Of a stretch of 64,000 nucleotides of DNA, positions 35,961-49,199 are shown in pieces. Where the stretch lies: NCBI GenBank assembly GCA_964035545.1, contig OZ037773.1, positions 7,531,751 through 7,595,750 on the forward strand, written 5' to 3'. Each line of letters begins with the position of its first letter. Positions within the stretch are counted from its first letter, which is position 1. This DNA comes from Bugula neritina (Eukaryota; Animalia; Bryozoa). A program made the position numbers and the translations under genes. The notes below the pieces were generated by a model. The model saw only the letters and a list, made by a program, of their open reading frames with translations, did no database searches and was not told the DNA's origin.

Positions 35961-38900
35961 TCAGCAGGATGCAAGAGAGTGTATAAAAGAGTTGCCATGT
36001 TGCAGCATTTCCTGTTTGATTGCCTCAACTCCGGCTAGAATGTCAGAAGGAGTGGATGAAGACAATTCTTTTAATCTATCAGAAAACCCCTGAATGAGAT
36101 CGTAGCTTTCAATACGCTCTTTTCTCCTCGCACACTTTACCTCTAAACAGAATAGGGAACAGTTATAACATTTGAATTGAGCACCCATACTACTTGTAGG
36201 TTACCCAGGCTATGTTTGTTGATAAAGTGACTGTTACATAAACATTAGAACATTGTATAGTAATAAAATAGTTAATTTCTAGATCACAACTTGCAATACA
36301 TTGTTTTTATATGCTTTAATCAATTAAATTCTGAGCCAATTTTACTAACTGATAACACCAAACTATTATATATATAAAAGTGGTATTTTGTGCATCTACC
36401 GTGAAGCTGAAGTGATTTACCATAGCATGTAAGCTTAGTTTATGGCAGTAGGTGGGTATATACACATTTCATTTGGAGCTTTAGTATATACTACACAATA
36501 GAGTAATAAACTACAGAAATAAAAAGCAGTTTCTTTAAAAATTTTACTTTATTCTGATAATCACCCTCGGTTATTTGAGAAGATAGCGAGTCCAGTGTAG
36601 CTTGAGATTCCACATCTTCCAACTGCTGAGACTTATGACGGGCGTACTCGAGGACTCTTTCCGGAAAGTTAACCATTTTGGCTACATGTAATCCAAAACT
36701 TTGGTCACACACGCCTATAAAAATCAATCACCAATATCAATACAATAAAATGCTGTGCCCAGTACAGCAAGTTACGGTTTTTTTGTTTTGCATTGAATGC
36801 TCAATAAAATTCTTATAATCCCCAAACATGCCTGGTAGCGCTTTGTACAGAGGAGTGACAACATGATGTTATGCAACTACCTGGGAGCACCTTGTATAGA
36901 AGTGTCATCTGATTCTTTTCAGCTAATGCTGATACATGCATGTTGGTGACATGAGGCACTTCATCTGCTAAAGCTGTCATCTCATGGAAATGTGTAGCAA
37001 ATAGCGTGAAACATTTCAATTCTGTGGCGATGTAGCTGTTTGAAAAAATATATAAAAATAATCAAGTTACACATTACATAAAATAAAAATATAATCTAGA
37101 AAAAGGAATTTTGAGCATTTGTTCTTGTTCTGTAGTGTCCAACTATGCCATTGCAAAAGTACAAATCTCGTAAAATGTTAAACTAGTTAGATTAACTGAG
37201 AGTAGGAAATCTCAATAAAATTATTTTGTTTAGAAATATTGTATATTTCATCTGCTTAAACGAACTAATAACTGACATGAATATAAGTGAAGCAATACGT
37301 ACTGAGATATCCCCCAGGCTAAACCAAACCCATCATAGGTAGCTGTTCCACGACCCAGCTCGTCAATGACAATAAGGGACGACTCAGATGCTGCCTAATG
37401 AATCAAAAACACAGAATAATTTAAAGCGACAATGAGAGAAAGAGGTGAAAGAGGAGAGACATGGTAGACTGCTAGCTGAGAGAGAGAGGGGAGAGACAGA
37501 GAGAGGGGGAGAGGGCGAAGGAAGGGGGGAGGGGAAGAGAGAAGTGGAGAGATTTGGAGAGAGAGAAGGGGGAGAGAGAGGGGAGGGGAGAGAGAGGAGA
37601 GAGGCAGGGGGATAGAGGGAGGGAGTAGAGGGAGGGAGTAGAGGGAGGGAGGGGGAAGAGAGAGAGGGAGAGAGAGAGGGAGAGAGAAAGGGAGGGAGAG
37701 AGGGAGGGGGAGAGAGGGAGAGAGAAGGGGGGATAAAAGAAGGGGGAGAAAGAGGAAAATAAAAACTGCTGCTAACCTTAAGTATAGCTGACGACTCCAA
37801 CATTTCTGCCATGAAAGTGGAAATTCCTTTGAGTTGACTGTCTCCAGCCCCAACCCTGCACATAATGCTATCCACTACTGTCACAGTGGCAGATTCACAT
37901 GGTACAAATGAACCCATCTGAGCCATGAGAAAAGTCAGAGCAACCTGTAACAGGACATCAGACAAATGTAACCCTCGTTCCGTTTCTAAAGACTTAATTC
38001 TGTGGAATACTGCCACACCCAGTCTTACTCCTTCCCTACTCCTCATAATTACTGTCACTTAAAACCAGAGTAAAACTTTAGTTTTCAAATTCTCAATAAT
38101 CAGAATAGCACTTTCAGGTAACTCCGTGACCCTCTTGGTATCATGTCAACTCAAAGACAAAACTTAAAAGCACATCCTTACACAAATGTATGCATTTACA
38201 GCTACTCATAGAAATCATTCCAGTGTCAATAGAAATATAATGCACTTACAGGTCTAATGTACTAAAGTACATATGCACTTGCATGTCTAATATACTATCA
38301 TATACGCTTACAGATCTAATGTAGGTACTCTTTCCACCCATGTTAGGTCCAGTTATAATGTGGAACATTGAGTTTTCAGCATTGAACACACAATCATTTG
38401 GAATAACGTCCACATCAATGGCCTCTAAACAAGGATGTCTAAGCTCTTTCAGTTCAGCCACACCTGAGCCTGAAACGAGACGTCATTTACAGGTGTATCT
38501 TAAATAGTTTCTCAACAAAAACTAATTCTCACTGACACCTCAAACTGACAGCATGACACCTCAAACTGACAGCATGACACCCCCAGTTGACAGCATGACA
38601 CCTCCAGTTGACAGGATGACACCTTGAGTTGACAAGATGACACCTCAAGTCAGTTGAAAATTCTAACAACCTTATGATGCAAATTTAGGAAAGCAAAACG
38701 ATAACACACAAGAAATTGAGTAACTAAAACGCAGTGAGTAAGCAATGTCTATGTTTGCCTAAACCTCACACAATCAGAAAGCATTACTGTCAAACATAAT
38801 GCATAAAAAGATAATTAAATTGGGAGTCGTATAAAATGCAGAAATATCATTTTCTATAGGCATTCAGATAAATGTGCTTACCTTTAGGTAGTATCTTGGG

Positions 38901-41900
38901 TCGGACGTACGGTAGAGCGGCATTAGTAGATGCGATGGCCAAGCTGATCACCACATCTAGCTGGGAGACGAGATCTCCTAGTCTGTAGAGAGATTCAGCA
39001 TAACCTCCTACAACCATAGTCACCATGTATACAGGTGGAGACAATAATCTAGAACAATCTCAAGATACGCACTTAATACATGCCTTTGAAGTTTATAAAT
39101 TATTCAACAAAATATAATTCAATAATGTGTCATCAAAATAGCTTTTTTAGATCACTCATGTGAACTCCAGGAGGAATCAGAAGTTTAGAGCACTATATGT
39201 GTATATTATTTGGTCGTACTGAACTCGTAGAGAGAAGACAATCGCTAGAATAAGCCTTTGGCAGAGCAGACTGTGAGAAATCTCCATGCAAAACATTAAA
39301 AATATACCTTAATAATACTGTGATGAAGCACAGCTGATCTATACAATGCTGTCTGTACGCCTCACCTGCAACTTTGATGACTTCGGTGACGACATCTACC
39401 TGGAGCTTCTGGTAAGATCGTTTCAGCTCCGAATGTTCAGGGCTCAGTTTGCTCAGCTTCCTGTTTGTAAAACGAACTCCATCTTTCTTTGTGTCAAGAA
39501 TTTGGAAGTTTTTATTGTTTCTAATCAATTTCTCATCCTAAAAGTGCAGGCAAATGCAGCCAGGGTAGGACGGGATATGCGAACACCTTAAATACTAGCT
39601 CTATCAACTTAAGTATTCCCAACTCCATGAAGAAATGTGAACAAAAAGGCTGAAAGAGTGCGGCGCTGGATAAAATAACTCAACAGAGTGTTAGCAAAGA
39701 CACATGAGTAGTCTAAGGAATGATGCTTACCTTTCTAGTTAGTCTGAGAAAATAGCCAAGATGTGAGCTACTCTCCAGCTTTAGGGCTTTACCTGCCTCC
39801 AGTCCCAGCTCACTGGCCACCTGTTGAGCAGGAAACATTAGATTTATGGCAAACTATATTTTATTTATTTGAAAAGTTAGATTTACTTATTTTTCAGAGC
39901 GATTGAATATATATTAAAAATGTTGTATCAACATAGTAGTAACTAAACTAATAGCAACTAAACTATTAGTAACTAGTAGTAACTGAACTAGTAGTAACTG
40001 AACTTGAAGCAACTAAACTATTAGTAAAGAAACTAGTAGTAACTGTACTAGTAGTAACTAAACTAGTAGCAACTGACTCACACGGTACTCACATGCAGAT
40101 GTAGTAAGACAAGACACAGTTACCTTTTGCAACTCCCTATCCATGCCTTTCTCAAGCTCCTTCATCTGCTCCCCAATCTCACCTAAAGCCTCTTCAAAAT
40201 CTGCCCTCACCAAAAACTCCATCGTCTTCACACTATCCATATCCAAAACCTCTTCAATCAGCGCTGAGAATTTGGAGAGGTCAGTTATTAGTTCCTACGA
40301 GCAGAGAACAGGTTGGTTTACCATGTATGGTTCTACGAAGTATTTGTAATAGAGAATATTGAAGATCCTGATGTACAAGACACGGAGGGGACAGACCTTT
40401 AGTTCAGATGAAAGTACGCTGTTCATAAGTACTCTGTGTTCACCTGTGTACTCGTCCAAGGTTGAGTCAAGGTCAGGCAACTTCGAGAGGCCTTGGTAAA
40501 CTCTGTAGCAATCCTGTCAAAAGCATGCTAAACTATGGAGTACCATTTACATGCAGTGAAGCGCTTTTATATTGAAGAGTATATCTAAAGCACAAGCTAA
40601 CAAAGCACAAGCTAACAAAGCACAAGCCAACAAATACTAACAAACTGTGAAAAAAAATATTGAACTTTGTATTGTGAGAATAGCAGTTGAAGGTTATTGG
40701 GCGTGAATAATGTAATGCGATGGAGAGATCTCAATAACATGGCGAACAGTAAGCAAATATGTCTCTGGAAGGGACAGATAACCTAGAAAACAGAGCAGTC
40801 TAATTCTATAAATCGCCTAACAAAGTATATCTAGAGTTGCTTTCTCTACAGAGAAAGTCCTAGAGAATACCTGAAGAGTTGCTTTCCCTAAAGACAACTT
40901 CTTAGCAATTTTATTGAAGTCAGGCAGAGAGGAGAGGTGCTGTTCGTGGATGGTTTGTCGTATCAGAGAGTCGTGTATAAACACTTCCACCAGATCCAGT
41001 CTCTCTTCTGCAATCACACGTTCAGCCTTGAACTACACTCTACTTTGTGATTACTGAAGTGCTTGCATAGTGGTGGATATACCAAAATTATAATATAAAT
41101 ATCTTACATCTATTTGTCTATAGCGCCACTGTAAGAGCACATGTTGGCAAAAATAAAGTGCCATTTACTAATAAATGACAAAGAACAAACTTTTTGGCTT
41201 TTTTTCTTCATTTGGTAAAACCCTTACATAATCCTAGTGAAAAAATATTTCAGGAGAAAAATTTTTGAAATATCAACAGCTGAGAAAAAAAAATCAATTT
41301 TTCCAACTGCAGTTAGCTGCTTGTACAATTTCAATTTTTCAATCAAGTCATCTTATTAGTTGAAATTTAACCTGAGACTGAGGGCTGAATAACTAGCAGG
41401 ACTAGCTGAATGAACTAACATAATGAGTATATCCTCACCTATCTTATTGACATCCACCAGAGGTTGTAGTATCCACTGCTTCAGAAGCCTCTGGCCACTC
41501 ACAGTCTTGCAGTTGTTCAGCAGCTTATAGAGACACATCTCTTTGCTATCTGCAATACCAGGACCTTAGGCTAACCTGTGAACTCAGGGAGAATCAAGGT
41601 AGAGGCTAAAACCGATGAATTGTTCTACAATCAGCTCTGAGCTGGAGGTGAATGAGCGAAGTAGGTTTGGGTTCTTGAGTTTAGAGTTGGGGGTTTAGTG
41701 AAACCCCCAACTCCAAACTTGATAACCCAAGCAACTGCATTCATTCACCCCCGACTCGAAGCTCCTTGTAGAGCAATTCAAAGCATACGGCTGCTGATTG
41801 GCTAGACTGAAATAACCAACATGTAGGTGACATAACTCTGATTAACAGAATTAAAGGCACTGATTGATATATTATGTAAAACGACACCAATAAGCAAAGA

Positions 41901-44900
41901 AAGCAGGTAGTTGATTGGATAAGACGTACCTGAGGTGCTAGGTATGAGATTCAGAGATTTAACCACCGCAGTATCCAGTTTCACGTAACGAGAAATATCA
42001 AACGTCTTCAGGCAGAACTTCTTGAAGTTTGCTTCATCCGACATGAACTACAAAAACCATGGTCTATAGTCATTATGTACAGTCTCACTCCACATAGTCA
42101 CTAGTACAGAGTCACTAGTACACAGTCACTATACAGTCAATAGTATACAGTCACTAGTACACAGTCAGTAGTATACGGTCAATAGTATACAGTCTCACTA
42201 ATATACAGTCACTAGTACAGAGCCACTAGTATACAGTCCCAATAGTATACAGTCCCAATAGTATACAGTCCCAATAGTATACAGTCACTAGTATACAGTC
42301 ACTATTATACAGTCCCAATAGTATACAATCACTAGTATACAGTCACTAGTATACAGTCACTAGTACAGATTCACTAGTATACAGTCACTAGTATACAGTC
42401 ACTAGTATACAGTCCCAATAGTACACAGTCACTAGTACACAGTCACTAGTACACAGTCACTAGTATACAGTCACTAGTATACAGTCACTAGTATACAGTC
42501 ACTTAAACTTATGAGCTCTATATCAAACTACTTCCAGGGCATTTGAATTTCCTATCACATGTACAAATCACCATGACTAAATAATACACCAAAGTACAAA
42601 GAACAGGCGCTGCCTCTTCACTTGATATGCTGCTAAATATTCATACCATGTGCTAGAAACCTGCGCAATCTAATCAGTAAAATGTGTTAAATTTGAACAT
42701 AAGTCGATAGTAAGGTTGCTATGGCAACTCACGTCTAAATAATTAATCAGCCCTGCCAGACACTCCACAGCTAACTTCTTCTCCATTTCAGCTACAAAAC
42801 AGACAAGGTAATGCAAGTAAAATATAAATACAGTATAGCATTATAATACAACACCATGTGAAGCATTGCAGTGTAATATAACACCCTATAATTATATTAT
42901 ATTAATATATGAATCAACTTCTATGTTTATGACATAGGTTCTGTCAGCTATTCAGTATTGGAGTGAAAGGTCACCATACTTTCAGAACCACAAGTGTAAA
43001 TGTGACAAGTAACACCAGTATGTAACAAAAAGCACTAGCAACACAATAAACATTGTGAAGTTGTCTTCCCACTTCAATATTGGCACAAAAAGCACCAATG
43101 AATGCAAGGAGTGTCTAAATGAACTGGGTACTTCAGTAAAAGGAGGTTTATAAAAAGGGGAGGGGAATAACTCTAAATGGTGAATTTGTGAGTTACGGAC
43201 TTAATTTTCACACTGGTTGAACGGTTGCTTTAGCAAAAAATATGAACACCATTTCAGTAAATCTCTTAGTGAGATTGAGCGATTGTCTTGTTTGAGAAAT
43301 GTTGTAAGCATATCCAATATTATTGGCAAATGTTTCTCTCAAGTTAAAAAAAATTAACATTATAAAATATTTTTAGTCATTTTATAAAACTTGCTTCATA
43401 AATAAACTGCTTTGCAGAAAATAGCCTAAACTACCAACTGCAAAGTAGTGGCAATACAAAGTTTTGTATGTAGACATCTGAAACTCGAATCCCAGACAAG
43501 TGTTTGGCCACAGACATCAGCTAAAATAAAACCTTAACTTACGGAGAGCCTCGACTGCAACATCAGACTTCCTTTTCACTAGCCTTTCTAGATCCTGGGT
43601 AATATTTTTAGCAGCAAAATCTCCTACAAAAATGTTTCGGTATATTTTCTATCCAGTAGATCAAAAATATAAGTATATCTTCAATATGGTTTCTTAAATT
43701 AGAGGACATAGTTGGTGGAACTCTGTTCTCGCAAAATATCTAAATGTGGATAGAAGTTGACCATCCTTATGTAATGCTAACAGATACCCCAATCACTGGC
43801 TTTAAGCTACAGAATTGCAGTTACTTTGGTAATACAAGAGACAGCTGAGTTTGGAGTTGCAACATCACGCACACTATGCATCCATAACATAGGAGGAAAC
43901 TACATGATTGCACATTTAACCCTATCAGAAGATACGTGTAAATACTAGGGACTCTCTTTAGAATAGTTTGCGGAGTCATCAAACCAGTAAAGCTGTGACC
44001 CACTGTGCACATGTGAAATGGCCAGAAAAAGAGGTTATACCATGCAGTATGTTGCTGTGAAATAATCCATTTATTTATAAGGTTTTTCCAGCATTATTTT
44101 TGAAGCTTAAATGTGAAATACAGAGATCTAAATTGTGATTAAAATAAAATCAATGCATTCAAATACCGAGGAGGGATATTGTGACAGCATTTGCAATGGC
44201 CAATAGTAGCCGACATATCAAATAACACACACCTGTCTACTTTTAGCAAGTGTAGTTATGAGTTCAGCTTACCTTTTTTACGTTCAGTTAGCAAGCAGTT
44301 GGAATGCTGTAGAATATTCCTCACAGCTTGTGGAGTTGTGTCTCCAGCTCGAATCAGTACTTCTTTGGCATTGAACTGCACCAACACTGACTACAACAGA
44401 CAATCTGACATTTGCTGTGATCTGTCACTATTAGTTGACACTAACCATAGCTTGCATCTATTAGTTGACATTTTATATGGTGCCTGTACTAGCTGACACT
44501 TTTTATATGTCACTACAAGATGACACTTAACTCAGCCTGCTATTACTATCTGACACTTCCTATAACCTGTCACTCCTATCTGACACTTCCCACAGCCCAT
44601 CACTACTAGCTGACACTTGCTCGAGCCTGTGACTACTATCTGACATTTCCTATAGCCCATCACTACTATTTGACACTTTTTATAGCTCGTCACTATTAGC
44701 TGGCACTTGCTGTAGCCTGTCACTACTAGCTCACACTTTCCGTAGTCTGTCACTACTATCTGACACTTGCTGGAGTCTGTCACTACTATCTGACACTTGC
44801 TGGAGTCTGTCACAACTAGCTAGCACTTACCTCAAGGTTAGTAAACCTGTCATTGTCAATGAATTCAGCGATGGTGAACTCCCTGGTGGTCTGATCAGCC

Positions 44901-46784
44901 ATGGCCACGCCCACATGAATGTTGTTGTCAGCATTTGTAACCGATAACGCTGCCACTCCAAACAGCTGGGTGGAGTCAGAAGAAGGTGAGAACAAGATGT
45001 CCTCAAACTGTGATATGTTACCAGGAGATGCCTATTGGGACAGCATACAGTATGCAAAGAGTATATATAAGAAGACACTATGCATGGGCTTTTAGATTTC
45101 ATTTGCAATAAAAATTCATTTGATACGGGTAAATCAATGAGTTGTTTACCAGCTACTGTTTACTGTGAAAAATATTGGAATAACCTTGTACGAGATAGTC
45201 TTGGTTTTTACATCATAAACTTCTACCCGGTACAAGTGAACTAGCAGGAGCTCCCGAACAGCATTTTCGAATTGTGTCTTGTTAGCATGAATATACTCTA
45301 TGGTCTCTACAATAACAGGATGACTTAAAACTTTATTAGTGAAGCTCAGCTAATGGCTACATTCAAGTTTAGACAACATTGCTTACATTTACAATCTGAA
45401 ATAAGCAATATATTTCAACATATTAAACGCATTCACACAGTAAGCATTTAGAAATGCGTTTACTGCCTTTCTGAATAATTTCTGCCATCAATTCCCAGCA
45501 TTCACAGGGGAGCAAACTGACAAACACAAGAACTGATTAAAAGCGAAGAATAAGAGACAAAACAAAGTTACCATCTGGTGACAGGCGTAATTCCTTAGGA
45601 GAGTTGTGTGAGATTTTCTTAGAAACCAATACTGCATCTTGGCCCATAAGAGTGTAAAAATCCTACAAACGAAAATATAACTTCAAAACATGGTCTAGCA
45701 GCTAAAACATCTTGGCAGTGTATAAAATAACAAACAAGTAGCTTTGATATGTTGGCCGTGTATAAACTAATAAGGAAAAAGAATCAGAAAATTTAAAATG
45801 TCAACAATAAAAGCAATATTTTAAACAGAACTATTAACAAGTGGGTCTGTTTGCTTAATATAGCCACCCATTTTACATTGTAAACTAATTTCATATTGCA
45901 TGCTAGCTTCATTAAATACCAAAATTTTCCTGTAAACTTGAAAGTAAAATACTTTTTTGAAAAAGCAGATGGATTAACAATTTCTATAACACAAAATAAA
46001 AAATACCCAGGGCTAAAACAATAAAATAAAATCAGCCGAAAGCATAAATACTGTGAGTTGTTAACTTGGAGCAAGGCTAGAGCATGATTGAGAAGAATGT
46101 AGAGGTAATAACACAGCACAGCAAGGCCACAAGCTGATTCTATTTCATCATACCTACTTGCAGCTGCTAAGTGTTATATACTTACATTACGGTCTAGGAA
46201 TGTAATAGTTGTGGATGGTTTCTAAAAAAAATATGCGAAAAGTTTACCATCATTAAAATTAGTTAAGTTACTGTGTTAGCAGAAAATTGGTAAATGTCAA
46301 AATGGCTCACAAAATAAAGTTTTATTTTTAAAAATTAAATCTATAGACTATTCATAGTCCATTCAGCATTCAACGAAATAATATAAACATCACTACTAAA
46401 GAATGGGCTTACGGGTAGAAGTGTTTTGTAGAACTTTGCAAGCTCTGTGAGAACTCCTAAAACAATATATTTTTTTATTATGAACATGGAGTGAAGGAAG
46501 TCAAGATAATTAGGTTATAGTCTATTAGAGACAATCAAGTTGTTCTGCAGATTAAAACAGATTATTAGGTTACCATAAAGTGAAGTTCCATTATGTTGAT
46601 GTTCATAGGATATACATTTGAACTTTGAACTTAATATTTTAAAATGAAGTCTTGAAGAGTTCACCGAATAGTTTAACAACATATCATAGTTACAGCGGAA
46701 CTGCATCAACTTCTAATGTGAACAGTTAGCATGTATAGCAATATGCTTACCAGGTGTTTGGCAAGCTGGAGGATCTTTTTCCAT
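35961..46784 (-). CDS. MSH2: DNA mismatch repair protein MSH2 (~910 aa, 23 coding exons)
   Basis: Exons 46784-46751, 46456-46413, 46221-46186, 45662-45572, 45306-45185, 45031-44831, 44390-44273, 43623-43543, 42791-42733, 42047-41930, 41549-41439, 41007-40871, 40513-40397, 40294-40124, 39820-39731, 39537-39366, 39007-38882, 38469-38312, 37944-37777, 37394-37303, 37035-36881, 36714-36565, 36142-35961 join in frame. MSH2 motifs: [72 protein letters not shown]. The first exon and the last junction are least certain. Confidence 0.96.
37430..37755. repeat. Polypurine/polypyrimidine (GA-rich) low-complexity tract
   Basis: Almost pure G/A on the plus strand, inside MSH2 intron 37395-37776. Confidence 0.9.
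38533..38650. repeat. 21-bp tandem repeat (~5 copies)
   Basis: tgacacctcaaactgacagca-type units. Confidence 0.85.
39935..40075. repeat. Degenerate actagtagtaactgaa-type tandem repeat
   Basis: Repeated ctagtagtaact(g/a)aa units in an MSH2 intron. Confidence 0.75.
41616..41780. mobile_element. 165-bp imperfect palindrome (MITE-like)
   Basis: tgaattgttctacaa...gagttgggggttt-agtg-aaacccccaactc...ttgtagagcaattca; a related copy lies at 62794-62914. Confidence 0.7.
42095..42502. repeat. 14-bp minisatellite (cagtcactagtata)n
   Basis: Direct tandem units, with 15-bp cagtcccaatagtata variants. Confidence 0.92.
44400..44825. repeat. 30-bp minisatellite filling MSH2 intron 44391-44830
   Basis: tgacacttgctggagtctgtcactactatc-type units; source of ORF 44532-44813. 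Confidence 0.9.
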
Positions 46785-47799
46785 GATTGTGTCTAAAACA
46801 TGTTGCAAAAAATGTTTGTGAGAGCAAAATGAAAATGCCAACAAAAAGAAAATATACGCAGGTATATGGGCTAAGTGCAAACAAACAGATGCAAAAAGCA
46901 ATATTTCACTATTTTAAATACCTGTAAAAAAATTTCATTCAACTTGCGTTAATGATTTTATTAATGCAAACCATTAATCTTAAAACATAAAACAGTAAAT
47001 AACTCCTGTGAACTAATAGTCAGTGATTGTTAAACTGAAATACAATATTTAATGACCAATAGGCAATAACTATAAGTAATAATTAATTTGCAATAGAAAG
47101 TGAAACTTTACGTTTATTCCAATTTTGTGTTACTGCTTCAAGTTTGATACAATCAATTTTATTAAAAATAAAATAAATGTAAACTAATAGTAATATCAAA
47201 ATAAATATAAGTATAACTATAAGTTAACCTATATGGCTTGAGACTAAGTAGAATAAAAAACGAAAATAAATTAATCATAAGTTAGAAGAATGATGTGCAT
47301 TTTGATATTCCTATTAATAACTATAAGGATATCATAATTAAATTATTAATATTATACTTATAGTCCTAAAGTGATGAAGATTGTCAGTATCATAATCATA
47401 AAATCATTAAAGTTAAACTTAATGCTTGAAGTTGATGATTAACTCTAAGGGTGTAAGACTAAGTCTGGTGCAAATGGTAACCGTAATGGTTATCCCAGAC
47501 CAATAGTGATAGTCGATCATAGTGATAGTCGTAAATTTCATTGACATTATCAATGTCATTATTAAATTTAATATAAATCGACATTATCATTATCATTATG
47601 ATTATCATTAATTTTAAATTTAATATTGTGATAATTTGAAAATCAAAATGAACTCAAAGTGAATATGTGGTGTGAAACTATTATGGGTGCTAGCGTCAAA
47701 TAAAGCCATTTACAAAAAAATATGCAGTATTGCTACCACAACCATAACAATAAGTATAGATCAACTTTAATTAAGACGAAGTTGTGTTTATTTTTTCAG

Positions 47800-48060
47800 G
47801 CCGTATTTAGTTGAGTTGAGTGAAATATTACTAACACGTGCGCGTGTTGCTGAAGATGCCCGCGTAATGTCGAGTCTGATTCCTCTTTTACTTGTAATCC
47901 TGGTGTAAATATAGCTTGAGCGATGTTTTCGAGGCAGTGTTTTCTACTACTTTACAAAGCGAAACAGGCCAATTACAAGGGAGAAACATCTACGGTCAAT
48001 AACACGTAAACAAAGACTCACGTTTTCTTGGGACTTTCGCTAACGCTACCTCTCCTGTGC
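47800..48060. promoter_or_regulatory. CpG-enriched patch between head-to-head MSH2 and M6PR; candidate promoter/5' exon
   Basis: Local CpG excess (cacgtgcgcgtg, cccgcg), CACGTG, CCAAT, and a minus-strand GTGAGT donor at 48021-48016. Confidence 0.45.
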
Positions 48061-49199
48061 AATGAAGATTAAAATAAATAATTACCATTTATTAATTATA
48101 GTGAATACTTTATTTCCATGATAATTGCTGTTTTTGTTTATAATAGTGCAAAAATTGTGATGCTACTGCCTTTATGGTCTGGTTATAAGTGCTCACTTTG
48201 ACTAAGAGTGAGAGGTTCAGTTTGAGTTTCACTTTCACTTTAAGTTTAAGTTTAGATTCAGCTTGAATCTAAACTTGAAGTGAAACTTAAACTGAAACTT
48301 GAATTTCAAGTTGAAGTCAGACAATTAAATGTACAGTAGTGTACCTTAATCATGATCTAGAGTGTTGTTTATTTATTTACTGTATTGTAAATCATATTAA
48401 TATTTGTTCTCAATATCAATATCAATATGAATACAACTATCACTCAGTATCAACTATGGCCTACCACAGTATCAGTATGACCATTAGTATAATAGTGATA
48501 CTCACTATGAGTATCACATTCACTGACAGTAACACTCTATGGGCATGGGCTATGAGAATCTGACTGATTTATGAGCATTACTATAACTACGAAAATTGTT
48601 ATCAACATAAATATCATAATTGTTATTAATGATGATATCTATATTGTAGCGTATAACTGTATAATTCTAATACATAGATATAATATTGACTATCAGTATC
48701 ATAATAGTTCTATTATAATTAATATTTCGCATCTAAAACTAATTATAGTTATAATTGATATTAAATATTTACGTTAAAAAGTGATCATTGCATTAACCCC
48801 AACGCTAATCATGGATTATAATTATAATTATTAAAGTTATTACATGCTGAAATAATATCAATTGTATTGATCCAAATATCGTACCCTAACACTGCCAGTA
48901 AAGTTCTTAAGGGTTGTAGTGTTGTAGTCACTATGTCATAGTAACCATCTGTGGTAAATATTTTTAGTAGCTGTCGTTTCGTATGCTGGTTGTAAATGTT
49001 GTACCTGGTTTATAATTTTATCTGTGTAATATATTTGATCTTGAAATAGTTGGAGTAAAAACTAAGGTATAAAAAGAATGTTGAATTATTTAAATGAAAC
49101 TGTATACAACCCTAATTTTAGACTATTTATGGTTTCATGTTTATGGTTTAATGTACAGTTTGATTGGTTTTTGTTTACAATTTTGTAGTTGCTTCCCCC

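Noticed and set aside
37384-38058. Pro/Ser/Leu-rich extension of an MSH2 ORF
   Set aside because: Read-through into a CT-rich intron; the true exon is 37944-37777.
44532-44813. 10-aa repeat ORF ([10 protein letters not shown])
   Set aside because: 30-bp minisatellite inside an MSH2 intron whose flanking exons join in frame without it.
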